Positions 11,396-22,454 of a DNA stretch of 26,192 nucleotides are shown here, piece by piece. The notes under the pieces are model-generated. The model worked only from the letters and a program-made list of their open reading frames with translations, was not told the origin of the DNA and did no database searches. The translations under genes and the position numbers were made by a program. The DNA comes from Octopus sinensis (lineage: Eukaryota), in assembly GCF_006345805.1 (NCBI RefSeq), contig NW_021833319.1:1-26192 (forward strand), in the 5' to 3' direction. How positions within the stretch are numbered: position 1 is the stretch's first letter; each line of letters starts with the position of its first letter.

Positions 11396-11450
11396 AGGTT
11401 CAATCCTTCCCGCAAGATCGGCCTGAGACGACGATGTCCCAGGGTCTGAG
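11394..11450. repeat. 57-bp dispersed repeat, identical to 21063-21119
   Basis: AAAGGTTCAATCCTTCCCGCAAGATCGGCCTGAGACGACGATGTCCCAGGGTCTGAG occurs twice. The second copy runs (minus strand) into a (TAAA)n-like tail at ~20959-20985, so it is probably a retroposon 3' end. Confidence 0.9.
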
Positions 11451-11667
11451 AAGCTAAGAGTCCTTTTTCGGTAGGCATTAAGTGCCTCCTGAGCGTTGCC
11501 ATATCCGGAGGAATTTCCAACTTCATATTTAAATAGCTCAATATCGACTAGTCCAATGTAATATTTCTGGGATTATAAATGAATTTATCGGTATTAAAAA
11601 TCAATAAATTTTAATTTTGAATTAAATAAAAGTTTTGATTTATTCATGTGAGTCACAGGTTTGTTGA

Positions 11668-12505
11668 ATGAGTGAATTATTCTCAGCTCAACAATACCAT
11701 AGAATGAACCCTATCAGGTACATTGAGTCAGGTTGCCCTAAACTTGACGAAATGCTCAAAGGTAATACGCCAAGTAAATATCGAAGGTAGAATTCGAGAA
11801 ATATTTGAAGTAAGCGGAGAAAGTGCCTCGGGGAAAACTCAGCTGGCTTTACAAATATGTTGTGCTGCCAATCTTGCAGAATCAGAAGGAAAATTTTCTA
11901 AAAATAAATTTCAGTTATTCTGTTCATAAACACCGGAGGCCCTTTTCCTAGTCAAAGACTCTTCCAAATCCTTTCTTTCTTAGAGAGTAAACAACAAATC
12001 CAAAACCGATCGGACAGAATATTCGTCGAGGACTGTCGAGATTATGTCATTTGGCATTTTCAACTTACTCATACAGGAATCGCTGATAAAGTGCCTCAAA
12101 ACTAAAATCGAAGGGCTTTTTCGACGTTTTTTAGTGCCTTTGATCATCATTGATTCCGTGGCTGGAATGTTTCGAGGAGATGAGAATGTTTATTCTGCAC
12201 CACAAAAAGCCCGCCAAATTTGTCAATTGGGCTTGGTTCTCCAGTCTCTACAGCGTCGAACAAAAGGAGTTATTTTGTGTCTGAATCAAGTTGCGGATTG
12301 TTTAGAGGAATTTATTCCTTGTAAAATCCCAGCATTGGGATTGACATGGGCCCATTTTATGACTGGTCGTGTGATGCTAACTCGTCACTGTACAAGTCCA
12401 TCCGTGGGGACTAGTAGACGCACTTTTACTGTAATTTCTGGGCCAAATTTCCCTCCTGCTTGTGCGGATTTTGTGATTGATGCATTTGGATTTCATTTTG
12501 TTTAA
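11668..12505 (+). CDS. XRCC3: XRCC3-like RAD51 paralog, 251 aa, 4 exons
   Basis: IESGCPKLDEMLKG, Walker A GESASGKT followed by QLALQ, FPSQRL, Walker B LIIIDSVAGMFR, CLNQVAD, PALGLTWA. Introns: 11762-11786 (GT-AG), 11889-11914 (GA-AG), 12046-12076 (GT-AG). The frame is continuous after splicing. Confidence 0.85.
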
Positions 12506-14279
12506 TTGCCGCTAGTTTTAGCTCAAATTTGACTTTTAATAATTTTTTTATTTAATTATCAGAAATACAGATCTGTTAGCGGACTTGGAAAAAAATGGAG
12601 AAAAAACTCGCGACATACTATCTATAGTTATATTACAAAGGGCAATATTTTGTCATTTTTTATATGTATATTTGTGACGTGGACATTAAGTTGAGTGATT
12701 TGAGTAATTTGGTTCACTTTTAAAAAAGTCCTTATTTATACTAAAATAATTAATGACCATTTGACAAGTTTCTTTTTTTATAAAAATCTTTTTTGCTTGT
12801 CGGCTCCTAAATCCACCGTTTCTTAAAGTACTTGTGTCGACTCTTAAAACCATCACTTGGGAATGAATGAGATTTTTAATAACACTTTAATTAATTTTAT
12901 TTTAAATTATTTAGCCGTGATTCTTAAATACGAAGAAAGTGTATTGGTTAATTTCTAGAATAACAAAATATTCAAAATTATTATTATTGCTTAATCTCTA
13001 AACTAGAGAGATATTAAATTATAGCTTTTATTTTTTAATTATTCATAAAAATAAAACTTTTGTTAGCTTTTAAAATCTATAAAATACATAATTTAAATAT
13101 AATCAACTTTATTAAGTGATTTTTCATCTAGGTTTCATAGTTGCTACAAATAAATTCTTATTGATTATTATTAAATATTCATATTTAATGATTTTCACTA
13201 AAATATTCATTTTAAAATTATTCTTCAGCATTTTCGTTGTTATTTCAGCAATATTAATGTAAATTCTCATGTTATATAGATTAGATTTTTTCGTGAATAT
13301 ATTAGAAATAAGAGATATTCTATTAGATTTATAAATCTTGCAGTCCCACTTAATTCAAGTAATTTAATGACAGAAAATAATTTTATTACATCGGGGAATT
13401 AAAAATGACATTCATTAAATTGATTTTACAAATAAATTTAAATATTTTGTTATTTTCTGATTGGAATGTGAGGATGATCTCTAATGGGTCATACATCAAA
13501 CGGGATTTTGCCCAAATTCTACAAGATACTTTTTAAGTATAAATAAAAGAAACCAGGGTCTATATATAGTTTTTTCGTGTTTAGGAAAACATTGGAGAAC
13601 ATACAAAAAAGAAAGGGATTCCCTTACTAACTAGAATAATCTGACATTAAAAGTCCAGCTGTATGATAACTTAAAATTTTGATTGTAGGTAGATGCCTAA
13701 AAGTATCCATTTTTCTTCTTTTGATTGTTTTAATAGAAAAAAATTGTGGAAAGATTTTGCTTTAAAAAATTAATTACTGAAACCTAATAGGCAAGTTTTT
13801 GATTAGGAATTCAGTTCTCTTTGAAAATGTATCGATTATATAAGACATGTTCTGATTAATGTTTTGCTTAGTTCGTTCACCAAAACTTTATTTGAAGAAA
13901 AATTAAAAAAAGTAAGTACAGTGGCTCCTTCTGAATTAGCCATTTTTGGTTCTTCGAAAGTTTGTGAAAAATTCCGGAAATTTGCCAATTCGAGAATAAA
14001 ATCAATATTTTTTTAATTCAGAGTTTCATTTGTGTTAATTACTCAACAACTCAAGTTTACGGCACAACTTCTAATTCATCAAATACAATTATGCTAAATT
14101 ATCAAATGAATTTTACAAACTTTTTTATTACAGCGTGTGAAGAGCTAAGAAATGACCTCTTTTTTATTTTCATTCTCTCCGTCAATCGCAATGGACATCA
14201 CTAATCTAATAAAAAGCATATGAAAAACTAAATGAAGGCAAGGGGCCAGGGAAAGCCGGCAGGGTCAAAGAATGAATAG

Positions 14280-14800
14280 ACAGCTCTTGGGAGGTGCTTA
14301 GTTGAATTGTTTCCCATGTGGAAGACGAAACACTGAGAATCGGACTATATCTACGCCTTGACTTACCGTTTACACCAGAACATCAATTTTGATGCAGCGT
14401 AGGGACAGGCGACTTTGGCTAAGACTCTCTTTTATTTCGTAACATATTTGGAACTCATTACACATGCAAATCTAAACCAAATCATTTATTGGTCTTTCAG
14501 GACTTTGGATTTTACTTTCAACTGTCAGGATCTTTGCCGAGGACAGTGAAAGAGTCGAAAAGGTTTACCACCTTGCACTTTTCTTTTCATCATGAAGCCA
14601 GTCGGTCTTTGCCAGAGTGACGGAAAGCGTCCTGGCGGATAACTACCTTTCTTTTTAGAGAAAGCAAGTCCCTTGTTTGAATGCCATTAGTGTTGCCTCA
14701 ATATTATCAAAGATGAGCAGCAACCTGGTTTCTATCAGTTTTCATGCTGAAGAGCAAAATATGTGTGCATTTCATACGCTTTCGAATTTGTCGCCTTCGA
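14280..14800 (+). mobile_element. Highly degenerate CRE-like RLE retrotransposon
   Basis: DETLRIGLYLRLDLP and KPVGLCQSDGKRPG..SKSLV..HAEEQN are colinear with the intact copy at 16164-16836. Confidence 0.6.
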
Positions 14801-14993
14801 AACTTCTGGAATCTGCAACTCAACTTCTTCCTGACACTAAAAAGCGGCATGTAACCAACCTAAGAGTTCTTGCCAATCCAGAAAACAACCGGACGAAATC
14901 AAGAAACGAAAGAACCGAGTTTGTTTTCTGATTGTGGTCTACTCTAATAAGACACCAGATGTCCCTTAAACAAAATAATGACACCTTTCACCA

Positions 14994-15296
14994 CTATTTA
15001 TTTAAGTGGTTAGACAATTTTTCAATAAATCGTACAGATACCTCCAACTTTGGGGTTAGTTTGGATTTTAAATTCAAGCCATACCCCAATTTAATGGAAT
15101 ATCTCCACGTTTTCTTCGAAAGTTCAACGTGTTTCCTTCCTTCACAGCTTCTGAACAGTCCTTGAAAGCCATAAATCAGGAAAGGCTCTATACAGGAAGA
15201 GTATACGTATAGGAACGCTTTCGGTTTCAACCAAAATTGTGTAAGACCTTTCAAAATCGCGCTAGCTTTGTTTTTTCTGTTAATTATATTAGCCAT
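14994..15296 (-). mobile_element. LINE ORF2 C-terminal fragment, same family as 17701-18456
   Basis: KNKASAILKGL..LKPKAFLYVYSSCIEPFLIYG..RYSIKLGYG aligns by eye with KRKATNALFCL..LEPDTFLYVFNTVILPGLLYG..RLALKLAY. Confidence 0.75.
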
Positions 15297-15399
15297 GAAT
15301 CCACAACTAATTTATCGGAAATAGACAAGTTAGTCTTTTCAGCTTTCCAAGATTTAAGCGATGATTCAATTCCAGTTTTGGGAACATTATTAAAAAATA

Positions 15400-16010
15400 T
15401 TGCGTTAAAAATTGCTGTAAGACTAAACTTGAGCTCGTCCCCCCGGTCGATCCCAGAGGGTTCAAGCATTTTCGAGCTTAGCCCGTGAATGTAGACATCC
15501 GAGAACCGATCTCCGGAACGAAGCTGATTGCCTTTCCTGCAATGGAACCGGAAGTCTCAACTGCGAAAGAAGGGAATTCTTAAATTACCGCAAGTAAAGA
15601 GTACTTCCGCATCTTCTTTCTTTTAGCTTTTGTGGCGATTGATTCAAAGGCGGAAGCGGGCATCAGTAGGTTCTTAGACGAGAATGATTCCACACACGTG
15701 GAGGCGCTTTTGAGTGACATTTCTAGGGTGATGATAAAAGTTAAGCCATCCCGCCGATCGATTCCAGTGGGTTCAATTGTAGAGGAAATTTAGAAAGGCA
15801 GGCTGATAAGGTTATTTATTGTAGCCTAGTGCGAAATACGAGAGAGCCTGCATCCACACGATAAGTCGTGAAAAAAGATATCATCACAACATGCAAAGTA
15901 AATAAGCCTGCAGAACAGACACAAAAATTGATATTATAAGAGGTAATTGGACCAAAAAATCCACGTTGGTCAGACGGATGAAGAAAATTAAGAAATTTAA
16001 TAACTGGAAG
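15400..16010 (-). mobile_element. Degenerate CRE-like RLE retrotransposon
   Basis: HDLSCGCRLSRISH, INNLIS, EPTGIDRRDG, TCVESFSSKNL, KAKRKKMRKYS, FAVETSGSI occur in order with frameshifts. An extra EPSGIDRGD scrap lies at ~15440-15468. Confidence 0.7.
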
Positions 16011-16163
16011 CATTTGATAATGCTTTAAAAATTTAGTTTTCTAAATAATTTATATTTCAGTATTCATAAGCTAAAGTAATATTATAAATAAAATTTAACA
16101 AATAAATAAATAATTATTTATTCCAAATTTTATCAATGCATCAATTTGAATCATTGAGTATAC

Positions 16164-16871
16164 CAGACCTGAAAGTGGGGCGTGGCTTAATGCCCTCCCT
16201 TGCTACCAATCTGGAACCCTTCTCGATAATGACTGTGTGAGGATTGGCGTAGCAATACGCTTGGGACTTAATGTCTGTTCGGGGGGCCAATGCCGATGCG
16301 GTAGTAAAGTCGGTACCAAAGGACTACATCCCCTGTCATGCAGAAGGAGTGCTGGCCGTGCTCCCAGACACTCCGCTATCAACGAGACTATTTCGGCTGC
16401 GTTACAAGCAGCTGGATTCCCGACAGAACTGGAACCCGTTGGGCTTGACCGTGGAGACGGTAAACGCCCAGATGGAGTCACCATTTTCCCGTGGAGTAAT
16501 GGGAAATGCCTCGCGTGGGACTCCACGTGCACAGACACTTTTTCAAAGACCAACATAGTTGACTCCGCGATCAGTCCAGGCTCAGCCGCTGAGAAGGCTG
16601 AGGCACATAAAGTTCAGAAATATTCCAACCTGTTGGACAACTTCATCTTCTCCCCAATATCCGTAGAAACCTCCGGGGTCATGAGCCAAAAATCGTTCGA
16701 ACTCGTCGGGAAAATCGGGGATCTGATCTCGAGAAGACGGAGAGAGCCTCGGGAGAAGCAATGGTTGTTCCAAAGAATATCCATTGCGATCCTGAGGGGC
16801 AACGTCTTCTCGATCATCAGTAGCTTTAGATTGTAATAATTATTTTCGGGTGTTTGTTTCTATAAAAAAAA
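16164..16871 (+). mobile_element. 5'-truncated CRE-like non-LTR retrotransposon with an uninterrupted RLE domain
   Basis: Open frame SGAWLNALP..RIGVAIRLG..CRCG..HPLSC..RHSAIN..EPVGLDRGDGKRPDG..WDSTC..AEAHKVQKY..VETSG..QRISIAILRGN, stop at 16836, A-tail at 16864-16871. Candidate TSD ATTGAGTATAC at 16153-16163 and 16877-16887. Confidence 0.85.
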
Positions 16872-17089
16872 GTCCTATTGAGTATACTATTATGTCACAT
16901 ACCCTGTTCGTTACCATGCCCCGCTCGTTACCATTGCTCTAAATTTTTAAAATTTCAATTTAAAATATTTAAATGATTGAAATATATTTACTTATTAATT
17001 TAAAAATTAATAATATTATGGATTTTTATTTTTTCAATGCTTAACCATTATCATTAAAAAACAATAAATTAAGCATGCTGTTTTATCTC

Positions 17090-17277
17090 ATGGTTATGGT
17101 TAGGGTATAGGTTAGGGTTAGGGTATAGGTTAGGGTTAGGGTGAAGGTTAGGGTTTGGGTGAAGGTTAGGGTTTGGGTGAAGGTTAGGGTTTGGGTGAAG
17201 GTTAGGGTTTGGGTGAAGGTTAGGGTTTGGGTGAAGGTTAGGGTGAAGGTTAGGGAATTGGTTGGGTTTAGGGTTTG
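17090..17277 (+). repeat. Interstitial telomere-like array (TTAGGG and variants) with an 18-bp higher-order unit
   Basis: GTGAAG-GTTAGG-GTTTGG occurs five times at 17141-17230, flanked by GTTAGG, GTATAG and GTTATG hexamers. Confidence 0.9.
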
Positions 17278-17700
17278 AAAAAATTTAAAGTAGAATTTTC
17301 GAATGGAGATACAAAGATTGTTCACATGAAAAGAATCAAAAAAGGACAAATTTAATTTTTCGTTTTAAACTTCAGATCTATATATGATTTTAAACTAAAA
17401 AACTGGATAAAGTTTGAGTTTTTTATAAGAGATCTACAGATGATTTTAAACCTTTATCTTTTTACATTTCAAAAAATGTTTTAAATAAAACTAAAAACTG
17501 GTTAGAGTTAATTATAAAACTATCAAATTATGTGCCTTTAAAGCGTTTCACACAATTCACATTTTTAAAATATGTTTTAATGTGCTTATCAGTCAAAATG
17601 GTTTGTTGTATAAAAATATTATTTTAATTTATTTGTTTTAAAGCATCTTTTAGTATATCATTAAATTGTACTCTAATTAACCTAATATATAGGTTGAATT

Positions 17701-18616
17701 TTGTGGCGCTCTGTGATAAGCTTTCTGAACTATGACTCGGATGAACTGAAACTTAAAAGAGGCGTCCCTCAAGGATCAGTCCTCAGTCCTCTATTATTCA
17801 ACATTGTGATGAGCAATCTGCCGTCTCCTGTCAACACACGGACGGAAATTTTGATATACGCCGATGATGTTGTAATCCTTGACATTTCATCGAAACCTGC
17901 CTTATCCGAACAAAGGATTATATCATATATGAATACAGTGGAGCAATGGTGCGATGAAAATATGTTCATTATTGCGCGTGAGAAGTCCGCATTACTGAGA
18001 ATCACAGAAAGCAGAAATTTAATAAATTTACCGTGCCTGATCAAGAACATACCTCGACAAAACTCAATTAAATATCTTGGCTTGTTCATCGATGAAAAGG
18101 GAAACTATCTCGAAAACGCAAAATTAAGTAAAAGGAAAGCAACTAATGCTCTGTTCTGCCTGAGGAAGTTAAATTTGGAGCCTGATACTTTCCTCTACGT
18201 TTTCAATACGGTGATCCTACCGGGACTACTATACGGAAAAGAGGGATGGTACTTCTCTAAAAAGAAGGACACCATCTTAACTAAATTTGAAAAGTCTCGC
18301 AGGCTCGCTTTGAAGCTTGCTTACCACCAAAAAGTTGAAGATCCAATCCCCCTGTGGCTTGAAAGTAAATCCTCCATGGTCGGTGAAACTGTCGAAAAAG
18401 CTATAAGTGGTTATAAATCCAACTCAATTGTCACTGGGACGTACCTGCAGAGGTAGAAAAAAAAAAAAAAAAAAAAAAAAAATTTACTTGAGGGGGTCTC
18501 TTTTTTTTTCTGGGAAGAAGTCGATAGGGTAGTCCTATTGTTTCATTATACAAACTCCCCCCTAACCTTTAACCCTTCTCTGTTTCCAATAAAACTTCCT
18601 ATTCCTATTCCTATTC
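17701..18616 (+). mobile_element. 5'-truncated LINE: RT domain to C-terminus, 3'UTR and (CCTATT)n tail
   Basis: RGVPQGSVLSPLLFNI, YADD and IKYLG in an open 251-aa frame, stop at 18456. Followed by a long A run, AATAAA at 18588 and CCTATT x3. Confidence 0.9.
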
Positions 18617-18735
18617 GTTGTGATTGATTATTAATTTTTCTAAAAAATTGAAAAATCATTAATCAATTATTTCTCAGAAATAATTCGGAGGTAACGAGTG
18701 GGGCATAGTAATCCCTGAGGCATGTGACATATTAC

Positions 18736-20221
18736 TAGGGCAACCGCAAATATGACCTAAAAAATTTCAAATATGACCGATAAAATATGACTTATATGAC
18801 CTTAAACGAAAAAATATATGCCCTTAATATGACCTAATAAATTTGTATTTTTATGTACTAATAAAGTTTTAATAAGGCTTATATTTAGAACTAATCACTC
18901 AAATTTATTGTAATATAACGAAAAGTAATATTTAATGTTATCATTTTTAAAGTTTCTATCCTTCTCCAACATCTTTTGCAGCATAGAAAAACTTCTTTCA
19001 ATGGAAATAGTTGTTGCTGGACATTTCCATAATATCGAACAAACTTCTGGTGAACAATTATCGATCTTAGCAGTATAAATTTCTTTTAATCGATTTTTAT
19101 CTATTCTTTTACGGAAATATTTAGATATTCCACATGGATCATCCCCAAAATTTATCACATTAATAAATTTAACGGCATCCTCAATGGTAAAAAAGTTTCT
19201 TGGCATTGATGTAATCCATCTAATATGTCACTATAACATGATTTTATCAATGCAAGGTTTCTTTCCAAATTAATTGAATCTAAAGCAGTTTTTACTTTAT
19301 CTAAGATTTTCCCTTTTTTGTTAAATTCAGGACCAGAAACCTTTTTTGTTAAACCAATTTAAAACAAAAATAATTTGGAATTGCAATCAATTTCGATTGA
19401 CGCAAGTCGTGTGTTTTACTTCTTTTTTTATGCATTTCCGTCTGTCTGTGTTGTTCCACGTTAAAACTTTTTGAAAAGTTTACCGGAACACAACAGAACT
19501 TGCAATTAAGTCCCCCATTAGTACTTCTCGTAAATTCGTGCGGATATTTATTTAATATTTTAGAGAGTTTGAATTCATTAGATTTTTTTGATTTAGGCAT
19601 CTATTAATATACCTTTTTTTATATAAAAACCTTTATCTCACTCAACAAAAAACCGATTATATCTCACATTATAAAAAATAATTCAAATATTATTATTCAA
19701 ATATTTATATTAAAAAAAATAAATATTAATCTAATTCATTAAAATATACGAGGAGAGTGACTACCTGATCGAACAGTTGGAAAAGACAAGACGTTTCGCT
19801 ATGAAATTGGCTTACGGAGTACAACTTGACGGAAGGCTAAAAGACTCACAAGAATCCTCTGTGCCCACGATCCGGATGGTCTTGGAGAATTGTCGTCAAA
19901 CATGACTAGTATTGGGGATACGCATGGAAAGAGACACTTCGGTGCCTTGTTTTTATCTCCCCGCCGATGTTTTTCTTCCTTGTTTTTCTTTTTCTTTTCG
20001 CTCAATAAACACTATTCTATTCTATTCTATTCATTAAAATATACAAAAATTTGAATATGACTTTATTTTTATAATATGACTTTATTATTGAATATGACTT
20101 ATATGACCTATTAATAAGTGTTTAAATAGTTAAAAAATATAATTAAAATATTTAATTAATATAAACAAACACAAAATGACCTTATTTTGTGATAAGCATT
20201 ATATGACTTTTGGTTGCCCTA
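18736..20221 (-). mobile_element. Internally deleted hAT transposon (CGGBP1/hAT19-like)
   Basis: TIRs TAGGGCAACC/GGTTGCCCTA, subterminal ATATGAC repeats and 8-bp TSD ACTATTAC. N-terminal Zn finger (CKFC..QH..H) at 19349-19600 and C-terminal ATTISIERSFS dimerisation region at 18895-19206. Most of the catalytic core is missing. Confidence 0.9.
19750..20028 (+). mobile_element. Short 5'-truncated LINE 3' end inserted in the hAT
   Basis: EQLEKTRRFAMKLAYG..* (same family as 17701), AATAAA and (CTATT)4 tail. Perfect 16-bp TSD ATTCATTAAAATATAC at 19734-19749 and 20029-20044. Confidence 0.85.
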
Positions 20222-20235
20222 ACTATTACTAACGG

Positions 20236-20430
20236 ATTATTATTATTATCGGCACTTTCGCGATGCCATGAATCATGAAAAAGCTTGTGCAGCACAGGAA
20301 ACAATAAGAGTAATTAGTTTATTCCATTTCCGTAGTGCATCGAGATCGTCCCCGTTCTTTAATTCTTTACCAGCCCTCTTTAGGTCTCTATCCAGCGTAC
20401 CGGGGAAAGTATTTCTTGGATTGCTGATTA
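20236..20430 (-). mobile_element. RTE-like LINE 3' end with (TAA)n tail
   Basis: PRNTFPGTLDRDLKRAG..DLDALRKW resembles RTE-clade C-termini. The tail reads ATTATTATTATT on the + strand at 20237-20249. Confidence 0.5.
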
Positions 20431-21280
20431 CTTTGTAGGATTGCAAAGGAAATCTATTGGCGACAATCGACCTTAACTCCGTGTAGGAGTTGACCAATTC
20501 CTGATAATTTACACACATTTCGAATCTCTCTGTCAGTCTAAGTTGTATCCGATGCGTCCGACAGACGAATATTCGGCTCATTTATCAATATTTGACTTTT
20601 TCTCGTATTTGGCTTTTGTCTATGGATAAAACAATAGAGATTTCGAAGTAGCCTGATTATTTTTTGAATTAGCCTTTCAATGCTTTTGACATTATACGCT
20701 AGAAAAAGAATTGAGGCGCTGGCAAGCTTTCTAAATCAGCTAAATTAATTCTAATCAAAATTTAGAGTTTTATTCATTGGACAAATCACATTTCAGAAAA
20801 AAATTCACTATCTCCTTTGTTACCACAACCACTAAAATGATACAATTATGAAGAGTGAATTTTATTTTAAACTATAAGAAAATGCTTCAACAGCTTTTCA
20901 AGGTAGCGGCACCTGTCCAAATGGTTTTGAATAATGTTCACATGGGCCACGCGATACCTATTTATTATTTATTTATTTATTATTTAAAGACCAAACACGG
21001 GCAAAGCCAGTTAATTATAGTTATTCCCGTGATCGCCGATCCAAACGAGGGAGATCCTTCTGAAAGGTTCAATCCTTCCCGCAAGATCGGCCTGAGACGA
21101 CGATGTCCCAGGGTCTGAGCAGTCCGTTACATTAACGTTCAACTAAGATTAACTTAAATTAATTTAACTTTATTAAAGCCACAAAGAATAAAATTAAAGT
21201 AACTATTTTTTAGTCTAGTCATTAATTACAGTCGATATTTCTCCTTTTACATCCTTCTTACTTACTCCTTTTTCCTAACG

Positions 21281-21660
21281 TGTCAACTCTGATTTCTACA
21301 TTTTGGGTCGATGTTATCGACAGAACCAAATGTCCTTTCAGTTTCCTGTTTTGTTTAATTCCATACTTCGACATAAGTGAAGATGGACACACTTAACAAC
21401 TTCATTATGTCTTTGAGAAATCAGTTTTTAGAATCCTACCACATCGCGTGGCTATATGGTCAACAGTCTGCTTGCTTTTTTATCATGGACGCAGAGTGAT
21501 CATTTGTATGCAAAGAACAAATTCCTATCTTGCAAAAGACAGTACAATGCTTTGCCCCGTGGACCATTGTTCCATTTTTAGATTCATTGCAAATAAGTAG
21601 ATACGTCGATATTTGACTCCTCAAATTTAAACATTATCGAGTGTATTGATTTACAGCTGA
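21281..21660 (-). mobile_element. R4-like fragment, inverted paralog of 8310-8620
   Basis: Shares long identical stretches with the 8.3-kb copy (e.g. GCATTGTACTGTCTTTTGCAAGATAGGAATTTGTTCTTTGCATACA). Contains stops and frameshifts. Confidence 0.85.
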
Positions 21661-21954
21661 TTCTGTTAAGCAAGAGTTTTCTTTTGAGAATAAATTTAAT
21701 ATTAAATTTATTTTAGAATAATTTCCAAAAACAAATTATCAAATCCAGATATTAATTAAACTTATCCTTCTGATCGCTACACTCTCTATTCCCAAAGTGA
21801 TTCAGGTAGGCAAGCCAGCCTCTTTCCCTTCGAGGTATTGACAGGCAGGGGCGATGTTGAAGTCATACTAATTTGGTGATAAATATCGTTTATTCTTTTG
21901 TCCAGTTCAAGCGTTCTTTCCCACGGTTCAACTCTGTTTTTATAAGAAACAAAC

Positions 21955-22120
21955 AGTGACCTCAAGGGTCTTCTTTATAGTGAGTAATTGAATGTATGCA
22001 TACGTTCTCTCACTGATGTTAAGCGAACGTACATATTGTAGAAATTTTTGAGTAACCAGCCCATCCCATGTTAATACAATGGGTACTATCTTCAGTTTCG
22101 CATAATAGATTAATTGTAAC
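21955..22120 (-). mobile_element. R4-like C-terminal fragment
   Basis: AKLKIVPIVLTWDGLVT..YIQLLTIKKTLE. Confidence 0.7.
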
Positions 22121-22184
22121 GAACTGCTGTTTGGGGGTAATGGTTGTATTGGCAGGTGATTTTAGATCCTGCCAATTATTTCTG

Positions 22185-22440
22185 ATTAATTACCGTTTAG
22201 ATTGAAGCTGCAATTTTCTTTAAAAATGAGTTTTGCAATGACAATAAAACAAGTCTCAGGGACAGTCATTAAAGGTTTATAAGAGTGCAAATGGTTTTCA
22301 CATGAATAGCTGTATGTGGGATGCTCAAGGGTAGGCAGAAGAGAAAATTTATTCATATATGTCGTGGAAGGACGGACGACAAACATTTTTTATCACCAGG
22401 CGTTAGAATAAGTTTACATCAAACCGGGTCGTTTTATCTA
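22185..22440 (+). mobile_element. Helitron RepHel (PIF1-type helicase) C-terminal remnant and degenerate 3' end
   Basis: SFAMTI.KSQGQSLK, FSH..LYVGCSRVGRRENLFI, TNIFYHQALE*, followed by CCGGG..CTA. Confidence 0.8.
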
Positions 22441-22454
22441 TATAAACTTGAATT

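Larger units (their letters stand above)
16893..18729. mobile_element. Non-autonomous TIR element with TGT...ACA ends and 5-bp TSD (Ginger2-like)
   Basis: 40-bp imperfect TIRs at 16893-16932 and 18690-18729 (30/40 by hand alignment). TATTA is duplicated at 16888-16892 and 18730-18734. Confidence 0.75.

Noticed and set aside
13919-13995. Possible pogo/Tc1 terminus TA|CAGTGG
   Set aside because: No partner TIR or transposase was found in the window.
17090-17277. True telomere or chromosome end
   Set aside because: The array is short, degenerate, internal and enclosed by paired TIRs.
17083-17349. (TLTFTQ)n ORF
   Set aside because: This is the antisense reading of the telomere-variant array.
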